Assembly: GCA_965201135.1 (NCBI GenBank)
Contig: OZ241751.1
Location: 86,706-150,705, forward strand
DNA from: Dehalococcoidia bacterium
Lineage (GTDB): Bacteria > Chloroflexota > Dehalococcoidia > Lucifugimonadales > Australimonadaceae
DNA length: 64,000 nucleotides
Direction: 5' to 3'
The notes under the pieces: generated by a model
What the model saw: the letters and a program-made list of their open reading frames with translations, nothing else
The model's database searches: none
What the model was told of the DNA's origin: nothing
In this document: one piece after another, positions 54,098 through 63,696 of the stretch
How positions within the stretch are numbered: the first letter of the stretch is position 1
How the letters are laid out: every line of letters starts with the position of its first letter
Position numbers and translations under genes: made by a program

Positions 54098-55435
54098 CTA
54101 AGGTCCGGCGTAGACGGTTGTCTCAGGCTTGAAGGCGGCCCACGCGAACCAGAAGTGGTCTTGCGCCTCGAGACGGGGCAACTGCGCTCCAGCGAGAGGG
54201 CCGCTGACCGCCGCGCCGAGGATGCTCCAGCCGCTGCCGGTTTCGGCGTCCACGAACGGGGGGCCGCCCTCCGCCGGATTCGGGGCGAACGTCAGCGCGC
54301 GTCCGTCGAGCAATGGACGAAATACGCCGGTCGCGCCGACGTCGGCGGCCTGCGCGATGGACGCCGCCCCAAGCGCCGACGCCGCGCCGAACTGAAAGAG
54401 GATGACGACCGGCTCGTCGCCGACCTCGGCGTGGACGACGCGCTCCTCCGCGAGGCGCGAGTAGGGGAAGGCGGCGGCCTCCCCGTTGATCTCGACCGCC
54501 GCGACGCGCTCCTTCGGCGGGAGGCGCGGGTCGGTCGGGAACGGATAGAGGAACGGCTGCGAATCGAGCGCGTCGTAGCCGACGTAGGGGTTGGAGCCGT
54601 AGCGTCCGCTCGCGTTGGGGCGGTCAAGGACGAGGCCGTCCGGGTAGGCTTCGGCGAAAACGCTCCACGGAACGATTTGGGCGGGAACGACGCGCAGTTG
54701 GGCGCCCGCGAGTTCCCCGGCGATGGCTTGCCCCGTGAGTTGCTGCCACCACGATTGCGTTTGCCTGTCCCACATAATGAGGTCGCTGTTGCGGAGATTG
54801 CCGGAGACGCCGAAATCGTAGAGCGCGCCGTCGAGCGTCCGCTCGAAGACGAGGGCGGAGTTGCAGAGCGGGCAGTAGGTCGCGGCGATGGGCAGCCCGG
54901 CGATGTCGTCGTTGACGATCTCGTGCCAGGTGAGGATTTGGAGGGGGTAGGCTTTGGCCTCGCCGCCGGCCTCGAGCGCGATGACGGGCTCCGCGTCCGC
55001 GAGCTGCTCGCCCGCCGCCGCGACGGAGACGAAAGACGGCTCGTCAATTGGAGGAATGCCGTCGCGCCCGACGCCGCCGGACAGAATCTCGCCGTAGGGA
55101 ACGAGGTGAAAGCGGAAGTCGGTCTCCCAGACGGCGGTTCTTACGCGGGATGCGGCGAGCGCTTCTTCGTAGTCGGGGTCGGCGGGGACGCCGTAAGCGT
55201 TGCGCTCCGCGCCCTGATCGTCCGGCGCGTCGGGTGGCGGCGTTGGGGATGCGGCGGGCGTCCGGGGAGCGAGCGTCGGCGCCGCACCCGGCGATGGGGT
55301 TCCGACGGCGGCTGGCGCCGGGGGAGGGGACGGCGTTTGCGGGGCGAGCTCCGTCGCGGGCGTATCGGCGCTGCAGGCGGCGAACGCCGCGAGGAGCGCG
55401 GCGAGGGCGAAAATCTGGACGGCGTGGTGGCGCAT
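54098..55435 (-). CDS. Secreted DUF3179-family protein
   Basis: Signal peptide plus a Pro/Ala-rich linker. GRDGIPPIDEPSF, WHEIVND..TYCPLCNSALVFER and FGVSGNLRNSDLIMWDRQTQSWWQQ. Confidence 0.75.
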   Translation of the reverse strand: MRHHAVQIFALAALLAAFAACSADTPATELAPQTPSPPPAPAAVGTPSPGAAPTLAPRTPAASPTPPPDAPDDQGAERNAYGVPADPDYEEALAASRVRTAVWETDFRFHLVPYGEILSGGVGRDGIPPIDEPSFVSVAAAGEQLADAEPVIALEAGGEAKAYPLQILTWHEIVNDDIAGLPIAATYCPLCNSALVFERTLDGALYDFGVSGNLRNSDLIMWDRQTQSWWQQLTGQAIAGELAGAQLRVVPAQIVPWSVFAEAYPDGLVLDRPNASGRYGSNPYVGYDALDSQPFLYPFPTDPRLPPKERVAAVEINGEAAAFPYSRLAEERVVHAEVGDEPVVILFQFGAASALGAASIAQAADVGATGVFRPLLDGRALTFAPNPAEGGPPFVDAETGSGWSILGAAVSGPLAGAQLPRLEAQDHFWFAWAAFKPETTVYAGP

Positions 55436-55439
55436 CGGC

Positions 55440-55904
55440 TTAGCGCGCTTGCGCGGGGCGGTCCGCCGTCGGCCTTGGGTTGCGGAACGTGACGCCGGAG
55501 GTGACGTAGGCGCCCTCCTCGTCCGCGCCCGCGACGTCGCGCAGAATATGCGTGATTTTCGCGTCCATCACGGCGAAATGCGGAGACGCCCCGGCGAGAT
55601 GCGCCGGCACCTCTTTCGTTCGCCCTTTCACGTAGTACGTCATTCGCTCGTCCACGAAGGCGAGCGTGATCTTGCCGTTCTCGCGCATATTGCGCGTCGT
55701 CGTGGAGCCCGCGTAGGTGACGACGCGAATCGTCTCGCGGTCGCGGGCGGCGACCTCCCTGAAGGACAGCAGCGCGGGATGCGGCCAGCCGTCGGCGTCG
55801 GCGGTGAGGATGAGGATGGCGCGCCCGCGCTCCGCGCTCACGTCCTCGCTCCACAGCGCGTCAAAGAGATCGTCCGGAAGTTCCTTGCCGACGTCGTCGG
55901 ACAT
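55440..55904 (-). CDS. Pyridoxamine 5'-phosphate oxidase-family (FMN-binding split-barrel) protein
   Basis: 154 aa. RGRAILILTADADGWPHPALLSF and the overall pattern fit the family. Assignment by resemblance only. Confidence 0.55.
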   Translation of the reverse strand: MSDDVGKELPDDLFDALWSEDVSAERGRAILILTADADGWPHPALLSFREVAARDRETIRVVTYAGSTTTRNMRENGKITLAFVDERMTYYVKGRTKEVPAHLAGASPHFAVMDAKITHILRDVAGADEEGAYVTSGVTFRNPRPTADRPAQAR

Positions 55905-55925
55905 AGCGCGCCCGCCCTCTCCCCG

Positions 55926-56507
55926 CTATTCGGCGGAAGGGTCCTTGCCCTCCCAGCGGCGGAACTTGTCGTTCTCCACGCCGAGGAGGTCGAGAATCTT
56001 GCCGACCGTGTGGTTGATGACGTCGTCAATCGTCTGCGGGCCGGAGTAGAAGCCGGGGATGGGGGGCAGGATCACGCCGCCCATATCGGTGACCGAGAGC
56101 ATATTGAGGAGGTGCCCGCGGTGCAGGGGCGTTTCACGCGCGACGACGATCAGCCGGCGGCGCTCCTTGAGGCACACGTCGGCGGCGCGGGTGATCAGGT
56201 CGTTGTTGTAGGAGTTGGCGATGCCCGCGAGCGTTTTCATCGAGCAGGGAACGACGGCCATGCCGTCCGTCTTAAATGAGCCGCTGGAGACGCTCGCCGC
56301 CATATTGCGCGGATCGTGAACGACGTCGGCCATCGCCTTGATCGCGTCCACCGTCCAGTCCGGCGCCTCGTACTTGATGGAGAGATGCGCCCCTTCCGAC
56401 AGTATGAGGTGCGTCTCGACGTCGGGCGCGTCGCGGAGGGCGCGGAGCGCGTAGACGCCGTAGAGCGGGGCGGACGACCCGGTGATGCCGACGATGATCC
56501 GGCGCAT
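55926..56507 (-). CDS. ubiX: Flavin prenyltransferase UbiX
   Basis: 193 aa with MRRIIVGITGSSAPLYG, PCSMKTLAGIANSYNNDLITRAADVCLKERRRL and PGFY. Confidence 0.88.
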   Translation of the reverse strand: MRRIIVGITGSSAPLYGVYALRALRDAPDVETHLILSEGAHLSIKYEAPDWTVDAIKAMADVVHDPRNMAASVSSGSFKTDGMAVVPCSMKTLAGIANSYNNDLITRAADVCLKERRRLIVVARETPLHRGHLLNMLSVTDMGGVILPPIPGFYSGPQTIDDVINHTVGKILDLLGVENDKFRRWEGKDPSAE

Positions 56508-56729
56508 ATCGCGGATTATACCCGCGCCGCCCTTACCTTGCGTAACTCCTGCCGCCCGCTTTGCGGCGACCTCTCCCGTTCTAGGGCGAGATGGATTCGG
56601 CGTTTGCGCGCAGATAGATTCCCGCGCGGTGTGGGAATGGCGATAGGGTTATGCTAAGGTCTCCGAATCGCCGCGAAACGGGGGGAGGGCGCTGCGGACA
56701 GGAGCCGAGGTTATGCGGAGGTTCTTCCC

Positions 56730-57551
56730 TCAGCCGCCGACGGGGCCGTCGTGGCGTTGCTGGGCGAGCCGGTTGTAGGTTACGGGCGTCGTCGTCAGCA
56801 GGCCGGCGTCGACGGGAAGCGTGACGCCGGTGACCCAGCGCGCCTCGTCGCTGGCGAGGTAGACCGCCGCCCAGGCGACGTCCCACGCCGTGCCCTCCGT
56901 GCCGAGCGGCGCCGCTTCCATGCGGACGCGCCGCAGATCGTCGTCCATTCGAGGCGCGACCATCGGCGTGTAGACGAGGCCGGGCGCGATGCAGTTCACG
57001 CGAATCCCGTCGCGCCCGTGATCGCCCGCCATTGACTTGGTGAGGCCGATGACCGCCGCTTTGGAGGTCGTGTAGGGGGCGCTGCTGTTGGCGCGCAGCC
57101 CCGCGATGGACGAGACGTTGATGATCGCGCCGCCCCCGCTCTTCTTCATCTCGGGAATGGCGCAGCGGGACGCGAGGACGATGCTCTTGACGTTCACGGC
57201 CATAATGTGGTCCCACTGCTCCTCCGTCACTTCGGTGACGTCGGCGCGGGTGGAGACTCCCACGTTGTTGTGGAGGACGTCGAGCCGTCCGTAGCGCTCC
57301 GCCGCGGCGCGCACCATCGCCTCGCAGTCGGCGGCGTTGGCGACGTCGGCGGCGATAGCGAAGGCTTCGCCTCCCTCCTCTTCGATGAGGGCGAGCGTTT
57401 CGTTGGCGCGGTCGAGGTCGCGGTCGGCGAGGAGAACGCGGGCGCCCTCGCGGGCGAAGAGGATCGCGGCGGCTTTGCCGTTGCCGACGCCCTCGCCGCT
57501 CGACCCCGCCCCGGTCACGATGGCCGTCTTGCCCGCCAGCCTGTCCGTCAC
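56730..57551 (-). CDS. Short-chain dehydrogenase/reductase (SDR)
   Basis: 273 aa with TGAGSSGEGVGNG (cofactor-binding), NNVG and SSIAG..YTTSKAAV (catalytic YxxxK). GTG start overlaps the upstream stop. Confidence 0.85.
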   Translation of the reverse strand: MTDRLAGKTAIVTGAGSSGEGVGNGKAAAILFAREGARVLLADRDLDRANETLALIEEEGGEAFAIAADVANAADCEAMVRAAAERYGRLDVLHNNVGVSTRADVTEVTEEQWDHIMAVNVKSIVLASRCAIPEMKKSGGGAIINVSSIAGLRANSSAPYTTSKAAVIGLTKSMAGDHGRDGIRVNCIAPGLVYTPMVAPRMDDDLRRVRMEAAPLGTEGTAWDVAWAAVYLASDEARWVTGVTLPVDAGLLTTTPVTYNRLAQQRHDGPVGG

Positions 57552-57772
57552 GACGATTCCTCCTGCGCCTCCTCGCCGTCGTCGGCGTCCGCGTTTGGAA
57601 CGGCGCGCCCGGCCAAGAGGTCGGACAGTTCGGTCACGCGCCCCTCGAACACCTGGCCTTCGTAGGCGGACTCGATTCGGGCGCGCCAGCCGTCGCTGAG
57701 TTTGGAGAGGTTGATGGTGAGATGGCCGTCCCTAACGACAATCTCGTCCGCCGCTTCGGGCCATTGCGTCAT
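57548..57772 (-). CDS. Small acidic hypothetical protein (about 74 aa)
   Basis: ORF translationally coupled (GTGA overlap) to the SDR gene. No recognisable motif. Confidence 0.35.
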   Translation of the reverse strand: MTQWPEAADEIVVRDGHLTINLSKLSDGWRARIESAYEGQVFEGRVTELSDLLAGRAVPNADADDGEEAQEESS

Positions 57773-58014
57773 TGCGCCCTCCGTTCGCGGGCAATCTTCT
57801 CCCATCGGAGGGCGGAGCGCAAGGGCGTGTACTCGTTCGGGGCGTCGCGCAAGCCCCGAATCAGCCTACGGGCATTGCCCGCAAGGTAGTCGTAAGGGCT
57901 CGCGAGCGCTCCAAGCGCCGCCGCGCCCTCTTGCCCTTCCTGCCGGGGGCGAGTTCTTCGCCGAACGTCAAGAGCGCTTGCGCGTTGGCGCAGTGATAGG
58001 ATTTCCACTATCCG

Positions 58015-58254
58015 CAGTACCCTCTCCCGCCGCGTTCGCGGCGTCCTCTCCCCTTGTAGGAGACCTTTGCATAACTCAGTTCTAGCCCGCAATTCCTCTT
58101 GGTGTTAGGAGTGAATTGGGGCGCCCCGGCCCTGCGGCAGGGGGTTATGCAAAGGACTCTGTAGGGAGAGGGGACGCGGGATTCCCGCCTACGCGGGAAT
58201 CCCGGTAGGAGGGGCGCTGGCGCGCCTCTGGATTCCGGCCTACGCCGGAATGAC
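58015..58254. repeat. Repeat mosaic (R2 reverse split by MITE-1, R1 reverse, R3, R1 variant reverse)
   Basis: The R2 reverse halves lie at 58015..58059 and 58160..58170. R1 copies lie at 58178..58202 and 58229..58254. Confidence 0.8.
58060..58159. mobile_element. MITE-1 (100 bp) with IS5-element TIRs
   Basis: GAGACCTTTGCATAAC .. GTTATGCAAAGGACTC. The flanking 5-bp direct repeat is TGTAG (58055..58059 and 58160..58164). No ORF. Confidence 0.85.
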
Positions 58255-58266
58255 GGCACAGGGCGC

Positions 58267-59640
58267 TTACGCTCCGGCGGGCGCGGGGCGCTCGCCGAGC
58301 GCGGCGATGAGTTCGGCGGTGTGCAGGACGCCGAGCCGGAAGTAGTCGAGGCGAATGTTCTCGTTCGGCGCGTGGATGCGGTTGCCGGGATAGTCAATGC
58401 CGCAGGAGGAGACGGGGACGCCGAGTATATGCTGCACGGGATGCTGCGGCCCGGTGCCGGTCATGCTCGGCATAAAGTAGGCGTCGCTTCCGTAGACGCT
58501 GCGGGCAGTCTCCGCGACGAGCGCGACGAACGGGTCGTCGAGCGGCGTGCGCGAGGGGCGCTCCGCGCTGAGGACGGAGACCTCGACGTCGCTGAAGCCG
58601 TGGGCGTCGAGATGCTTGCGGAGGCTCGCCGTAATCTCGTCGGGGTCTTGGTTGGGGACGAGGCGGAAGTCCATCTTCGCCGTCGCCGTAGCGGGCGTGA
58701 CCGTCTTGGCGCCCGCGCCGGTGTAGCCGGAGCCGAATCCCGCGATGTTGGCGGTGGGCTCCATAATGAGGCGGCGGCGGAATTCGTAGCCCGACGCCTC
58801 GCCGACGGCCATCTCGACGCCCAAGTCGTGCAGGAACTCGCGGGAGGTGTCGGGCAGGCCGGCGATGGCCTCGATCTCGCGCTCGAGGGCGGGGCGGACG
58901 CTGTCGTAGAAGCCGGGCACCGCGACGCGCTCGGCCGGGTCTTTGAGCGTGTTGAGCGCCCACACGAGGCGCCACGCCGGATTCGGCACGACGGGCGCGT
59001 AGGAGGAGTGCGAGTCGGTCGCGGCGGAGCGGCACGTCAACTCCACGTAGAGCAGCCCCTTGACGCCGAGCGTGATGAGCGGGCGCCCGTCCCAGTTGAC
59101 GCCGCCGCCTTCCCAAACGCAGGCGTCTGCCCGCAGGCGGTCGGCGTTCGCCTCGACGAAGTCGTGGAAGCCCGGGCTGCCGATCTCCTCCGCGCCCTCC
59201 ATGCACCAGCGAATCGTCACCGGCAGTTCGCCGACGGTCTCGCGGACGGCGCGGACGGCGGCGAGGCGCGCGATGATGGGGCCTTTGTCGTCCGAGACGC
59301 CGCGCCCGTAGAGATAGCCGCCGCGCTCCGTCGGCTCGAACGGGGGCGTTTCCCACTCGTCGAGCGGGTCGGGCGGCTGAACGTCGTAGTGGTTGTAGAA
59401 GAGGAGCGTCTTGTCGGAGGCGCCCTTCAGTTCGGCGATGATGCCGGGGTAGTCCGGGTCGGCGGTGGGGACGAGTTCGGCGTCGAAGCCGGCGTCGCGC
59501 AGCATATCGACCGTCATTTCGCCGCACTCGCGGACGCCGACGCGCTGCGCGCTCACGCTCGGCTGGCGCGTGAGCGTCTTGAGGCGCTCGATCGTCTCCG
59601 GAAGATGGGCGTCTATGTGGTCGGCGACGGCCTGTCGCAT
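58267..59640 (-). CDS. M20-family metallopeptidase (dipeptidase/deacylase type)
   Basis: The ATG at 59640 gives MRQAVADHIDAHLPETIERLKTL. Motifs are LLFYNHYDVQP, GRGVSDDKG and MEGAEEIGS. The track ORF to 59901 is an Arg-rich spurious extension. Confidence 0.85.
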   Translation of the reverse strand: MRQAVADHIDAHLPETIERLKTLTRQPSVSAQRVGVRECGEMTVDMLRDAGFDAELVPTADPDYPGIIAELKGASDKTLLFYNHYDVQPPDPLDEWETPPFEPTERGGYLYGRGVSDDKGPIIARLAAVRAVRETVGELPVTIRWCMEGAEEIGSPGFHDFVEANADRLRADACVWEGGGVNWDGRPLITLGVKGLLYVELTCRSAATDSHSSYAPVVPNPAWRLVWALNTLKDPAERVAVPGFYDSVRPALEREIEAIAGLPDTSREFLHDLGVEMAVGEASGYEFRRRLIMEPTANIAGFGSGYTGAGAKTVTPATATAKMDFRLVPNQDPDEITASLRKHLDAHGFSDVEVSVLSAERPSRTPLDDPFVALVAETARSVYGSDAYFMPSMTGTGPQHPVQHILGVPVSSCGIDYPGNRIHAPNENIRLDYFRLGVLHTAELIAALGERPAPAGA

Positions 59641-59666
59641 CGTGTCGCTCCTTTGCGGCGGGGCGC

Positions 59667-60176
59667 CTACGCCTTGCCGCGCCGCTGCCTGCGCCGTTCG
59701 GCGCGCGTCTCGTGAATAATGGGCCAAACGGACTCCGCCTCGCACTCCTCGCCCTCGCCGGCGTCGCGCAAGTCGGTCAGATAGACCTCGCGGGCGGGGT
59801 CGCCGGAGGCTTGGACGTCGTTGGCGTGCATCCACGAATGGACGGCGCGGTGGGCTTGGGCGATCTCCTCGTGCGGGCCGCGGTATCTGGCGACGGCGCA
59901 CTTGCCGCCGGGAATCGCGCCCGGCGCCACGCGCCCGTTGCCCTCGACGTCGGCCTCGACCGGGTAGCCGACTTCGAAGTCCACGAGGAAGGCGCCGACT
60001 TCGTAGTAGACGCCGACGCCGGGCCCGGCGGGGCGCGCGCCCACGGAGTCCAGGTACTCCGCCGCCTCGCGCAGGAGTTGCGCGACCTTCGGAGTCACCT
60101 TGTTAATGGTGGTCTTGGCGCGAATCGCCGCGATCTTCTGCGGCTTGCAGTCGCGTATTTCGATGCCGAAGTCCAC
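59667..60176 (-). CDS. GyrI-like small-molecule-binding domain protein
   Basis: 169 aa with a two-repeat beta-alpha-beta-beta pattern (IRDCKPQKIAAIR..; GKCAVARYRGPHEEIAQAHRAVHSWM). Confidence 0.6.
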   Translation of the reverse strand: MDFGIEIRDCKPQKIAAIRAKTTINKVTPKVAQLLREAAEYLDSVGARPAGPGVGVYYEVGAFLVDFEVGYPVEADVEGNGRVAPGAIPGGKCAVARYRGPHEEIAQAHRAVHSWMHANDVQASGDPAREVYLTDLRDAGEGEECEAESVWPIIHETRAERRRQRRGKA

Positions 60177-60283
60177 GCCGTCCGTCCCTCCTACGGAGCC
60201 TTGCGCCGTCTATTGTACTCTTCCGGCGAGCGGCGGGCGGGGCGGACAGAGCGAGCGGACGGCGCGCGCCTTTAACTTTAAAA

Positions 60284-60508
60284 GTGGCACCATTTGGCAC
60301 TATTTGGCACCATTTACTCCTACGCCCCGGCGGGCGATGGGGCCAGATTGAGGCGTTTTGGGGACGAAACAAGGCCGGCATGAGGCCGAAATGGGGCCAA
60401 ATGGAGCCACCACGTCAGGGGGCATCCAATCCGCCGCCGGGTTCAAGCGCTGGGTCATAAGGACAGCGTAGGGGAGAGGCGGCGGACGGCGCAAGGGGTG
60501 TTTGTCGC
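60284..60508 (-). repeat. R5 repeat family (about 220 bp), copy C (inverted relative to A and B)
   Basis: The arms are GTGGCACCATTTGGCACTATTTGGCACCATTT (60284..60315) and AAATGGGGCCAAATGGAGCCAC (60389..60410). ATTTACTCCTACGCC is the reverse of GGCG.TAGGAGTAAAT. The far end, GGGGTGTTTGTCGC, is the reverse of GCGACAAACACCCC. Confidence 0.7.
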
Positions 60509-60519
60509 GGTTGGGGTAG

Positions 60520-60792
60520 GGTAGGTTCCCGCTTTCGCGGGAATGGCGTGGCCCGGGGGTTATGGGGAGACGGGGCTAATGCCCCGTCTGTGGCGCTTGC
60601 GCGCCGAATGGATTTCTGCCTACGGAGACCTTTGCATAACTTCCTGCCGCAGGGCCGGGGCACCCCAATTCACTCCTAACAGCAGGAGGAATTGCAGGCT
60701 GGAACTGAGTTATGCAAAGGTCTCCTACGCAGGAATGACGGCACAGTGGGCGCTACGCGATGGGGGTAGGTTCCTGCCTACGCGGGAATGAC
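60520..60792. repeat. Repeat mosaic (R1 reverse, R4, R1 split by MITE-2, R1 reverse)
   Basis: R1 at 60520..60547 and R4 at about 60565..60590. The split R1 lies at 60610..60624 plus 60725..60741. A further R1 lies at 60764..60792. Confidence 0.8.
60625..60724. mobile_element. MITE-2 (100 bp), inverted relative to MITE-1
   Basis: GAGACCTTTGCATAAC .. GTTATGCAAAGGTCTC. The flanking direct repeat is CTACG (60620..60624 and 60725..60729). The interior is the reverse complement of the MITE-1 interior with a few substitutions. Confidence 0.85.
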
Positions 60793-60850
60793 GGTGAGGG
60801 GCGCAAAGGTCTTATGCAGGCGTTGGCGGTTGCGTTATGTCGCAAGGCGG

Positions 60851-61645
60851 CTAGTCGCGCGCAACCAGCGCACGGACGAACGCCTCCGCGCGCGGCGCGG
60901 CCTCGCCGGGCGGGGCGGCGCCTATCGCGTCAATGAGCGCGCTGCCGACGGCCGCCGCGTCGGCGATTTCCCCCACACGCTCCACGTGCCGGCGCTCCGA
61001 AACGCCGAAACCGACGGCGACGGGGAGGCTCGTATGCCGCCGAACGCGCTCGACGAAGCCGGGGAGGTCGTCCGGCAGGTCGCTCCGCGCTCCGGTGACG
61101 CCGGCGACGCTGACGCAGTAGACGAAGCCGTCGGAGGCGGCGCAGCCGAGCGCGACGCGGTCGTCGGTGCTCGTGGGTGCGAGCATGCTCACGAGCCCCA
61201 AGCCTCGCTTATGGAGGGCGTCCCGCAGTTCGCCGGCCTCGTCGGGCGGCAAGTCGGGGACGAGGAGAGCGTCCACGCCGGCCTCCGCGCAATCGGCGGC
61301 GTAGTCGGCGGGGCCGTAGCGGAGAATGGGGTTGTAGTAGCCCATAAAGACGAGGGGGGCGGCGACGCCGGCCCGCCTGAGCGCGCGGACGGCGTCGAGG
61401 CAGCCTCGCGCGGTCATTCCGCCTTGCAGGGCGCGATGGCTCGCCGCCTGGATCGTCGGGCCGTCCGCGAGCGGGTCGCTGTACGGAACGCCGAGTTCGA
61501 TGGCGTCGGCGCCCGCCCGCTCAATGGCGGGGACGACGGCGAGCGTGTCCTCGATCGTGGGGAACCCGATGGCGACGTAGGGAATGACGGCGGTTCGCCG
61601 TTCCTGCCGCGCGGCGGCCAGTGCGTGTTCGAGGCGGTCGAGCAT
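60851..61645 (-). CDS. trpA: Tryptophan synthase alpha chain
   Basis: 264 aa with IPYVAIGFP, GADAIELGVPYSDPLADGPTIQ and VGFGVS. Confidence 0.9.
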   Translation of the reverse strand: MLDRLEHALAAARQERRTAVIPYVAIGFPTIEDTLAVVPAIERAGADAIELGVPYSDPLADGPTIQAASHRALQGGMTARGCLDAVRALRRAGVAAPLVFMGYYNPILRYGPADYAADCAEAGVDALLVPDLPPDEAGELRDALHKRGLGLVSMLAPTSTDDRVALGCAASDGFVYCVSVAGVTGARSDLPDDLPGFVERVRRHTSLPVAVGFGVSERRHVERVGEIADAAAVGSALIDAIGAAPPGEAAPRAEAFVRALVARD

Positions 61646-61691
61646 AGGCGTAGTCTACTCTGTCGGGGGCGCGACGTGGGGGGATAGGGGC

Positions 61692-61796
61692 GAGGTTCCC
61701 GCTTTCGCGGGCGGGCGGCACAGGGGTAGGTTCCCGCTTTCGCGGGAATGACGCGGACCCGTGGATTCATGGAGACGGGGCGCGAGCCCCGTCTAT
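61692..61796. repeat. Repeat cluster (partial R1, R1 reverse, R4)
   Basis: GGTTCCCGCTTTCGCGGG at about 61692..61712, GTAGGTTCCCGCTTTCGCGGGAATGACG at 61725..61752 and GGAGACGGGGCGCGAGCCCCGTCT at about 61770..61794. Confidence 0.75.
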
Positions 61797-62203
61797 GGCG
61801 CTGGTGCTGCACCTGACTTGGGCGGCCTCCGCCGCTTTGGAGAGCGAGGGGCTGAGACGATGTAGGGGAAACCCCGCAACAGCGACGATAAGGGCCGTTG
61901 ACCCGGTCGATTCAGGAATGGGAGGCTCGTTCCTCTACAGGAATCGGCGTCAGTCGCTTAGCTGGTTGAGTCCGGTGGAGTACCTTGCGCTGCAGCGCCT
62001 GAAGGAGGCCTCCTACCCTTCGCTGTCTCAATATGCGCCGAACGAGCGCAACCCCTTGCCAAGCCTCAACGCTTAGGGTATAGTTGCGCCTGGCAGCCGC
62101 ATTGCGGGTTCGTCAGGCGCGATGGCGTTTGAAGTAGGCGTGGCGCGGCAAAGCCAATATCGCATCGGTTCGCGCCGCAGGCAGTTCGGAGGTCTCGGAG
62201 ACA

Positions 62204-62473
62204 GTGGCAGAAGACGTCAATCGCTTGTTTGTGGGAAACATCCCGTTCAGGATGACGCAGGACGAACTCTACGACCTGTTCGCCCAGGCCGGAGGCGTCG
62301 CCTCCGTGCACATCCCGACGGACAGGGAGACCGGCCGCCCGAGGGGGTTCGGTTTCGTTCAGATGGAGGACGAGGTCGGCAAGGACCAGGCCGTGCAGAT
62401 GTTCAACGGCTACTCGGTCGGCGGGAGGGCGCTCGTGGTGAACGAGGCGCGCCCCCGCGAGCCCCGGTTCTAG
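62204..62473 (+). CDS. RRM-type (RNP-1/RNP-2) RNA-binding protein
   Basis: 89 aa, GTG start. LFVGNIPF (RNP-2) and RGFGFVQM (RNP-1). Confidence 0.85.
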   Translation: MAEDVNRLFVGNIPFRMTQDELYDLFAQAGGVASVHIPTDRETGRPRGFGFVQMEDEVGKDQAVQMFNGYSVGGRALVVNEARPREPRF

Positions 62474-62596
62474 CCGCGCAAATCCCGCCGCCCGCGCCGG
62501 ATAAGGCGCTCCGCTCCGTCGCTCCGTCTCTCGCGTTGAGAGACGAGCGGCGTGGGCGCGTCCGCCGCTTCGTGCTAACGGGAACGCGACGCCTAC

Positions 62597-63633
62597 CTAT
62601 CGTCGTGAGCGCGCCTCCCTTCTCCGCCAACGGAGAGTGGCAGGCGTCATTCCTGTAGATGTCAAGTAATTCGTTGACAGATCCTGCAGGGCCTGGACGG
62701 GCGTCTTGCCCCCCAATCCCTGATGCGGACGCGCCGTGTCGGAGTACAGCAGGTAGAGCCCCAACTCCTCACGCAACTCCTCCGCCGTCTCGAACGTCGT
62801 CCCCTCCAGCAACTCCTCGTTCAGCGTCCGCCAGAACCGCTCCGCCTTCCCGTTCGTCCGCCGACGGTACGGCCGCGTGTACCTGTGCTTGATTCCCAAC
62901 TCCCCCAGCAACCGCTCCATCGGATGCCCCGCCAAGTTCCCCCGCGAGGCCGCCTCCGCCCCGTTGTCAGTCAGCGCCGCCTCGAACCGAATCCCGTACT
63001 CCGCGTTCAGCAGGTTGAGGCTCTTGAGCGCCGCGAACATCACGCTCAGACTCTTCAGGTCGTCCACCACCTCCGCCCACGCCAGCCGCGCGCGGGCGTC
63101 GAGCATGTCGACGAGGCAGCGGCGGCTCTTGCTTCCCACGATCTGGTCCTTGCCGAGGTAGCGGCAGTCGAGATGGCCCAACTCGCCGGCGCGCGTCTTG
63201 ATGATCTTGCGCTTGGACTGCTGCATCGGGGTCAGCCGGTTCATGCCGTGGCGTTGGCGGATGGCGTAGATGGCGGGGGCTTCGGGGCGCGGGCGCCCAG
63301 TTTGGGGAGGAGGATAGCGTAGGTCTCGTAGCGGTTGACGCCCTTGCGGCGCTGTTCGAGGACGAGCTGTTCGATGAAGGGAGGAGTCCGGCGGGACTTC
63401 CAGCGTGGGCCGCGCTTGGCGGGGAGGAGTGCGTTGGCGTCGCCGGACTCGCGGTGGCGGTTGTAGTACTTGGCGAAGGTCTGGCGGCTGACGCCGTGGA
63501 AGGGGTGGAAGTCCTGGACGAAGCGGAACTTGGGGCGCTCTTGGCCTTGACGAGTTGGTATTCGGCGATGAGGAATCGCCGCTTCTGGGTGTAGTTGCGC
63601 TCGATGGTGCGGGTCGTTGCGGTTGTCCTTCAT
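62597..63633 (-). pseudogene. IS481-family transposase, split by a frameshift at a homopolymer; the ORF reads through the terminal IR
   Basis: The HTH part (ORF 63241..63633: FHGVSRQTFAKYYNRH..) and the rve part (IYAIRQRHGMNRL..GELGHLDC..TNGKAERF..) are in different frames. They switch near the G5/C5 run at 63275..63279. The stop codon (62597) lies outside the IS in flanking DNA. Confidence 0.7.
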
Positions 63634-63696
63634 GGTTCGTCTCCAGATGGCCTGTCGCCTCGGCCAATTCTGTCAACGAATTACCTAACATCTACA
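62654..63696 (-). mobile_element. Full-length IS481-family insertion sequence (1043 bp)
   Basis: The terminal IRs TGTAGATGTCAAGTAATTCGTTGACA (62654..62679) and TGTCAACGAATTACCTAACATCTACA (63671..63696) match at 24 of 26 positions. The flanking 5-bp direct repeat is ATTCC (62649..62653 and 63697..63701), inside an R1 hairpin. Confidence 0.88.

Noticed and set aside
61795-62076. A 93-aa ORF whose middle (RRQSLSWLSPVEYLALQRL) resembles the C-terminal tail of rve-type transposases; possible IS remnant.
   Set aside because: Only about 20 residues resemble a transposase tail. No IRs or further homology could be identified by eye, so the evidence is insufficient to annotate it.
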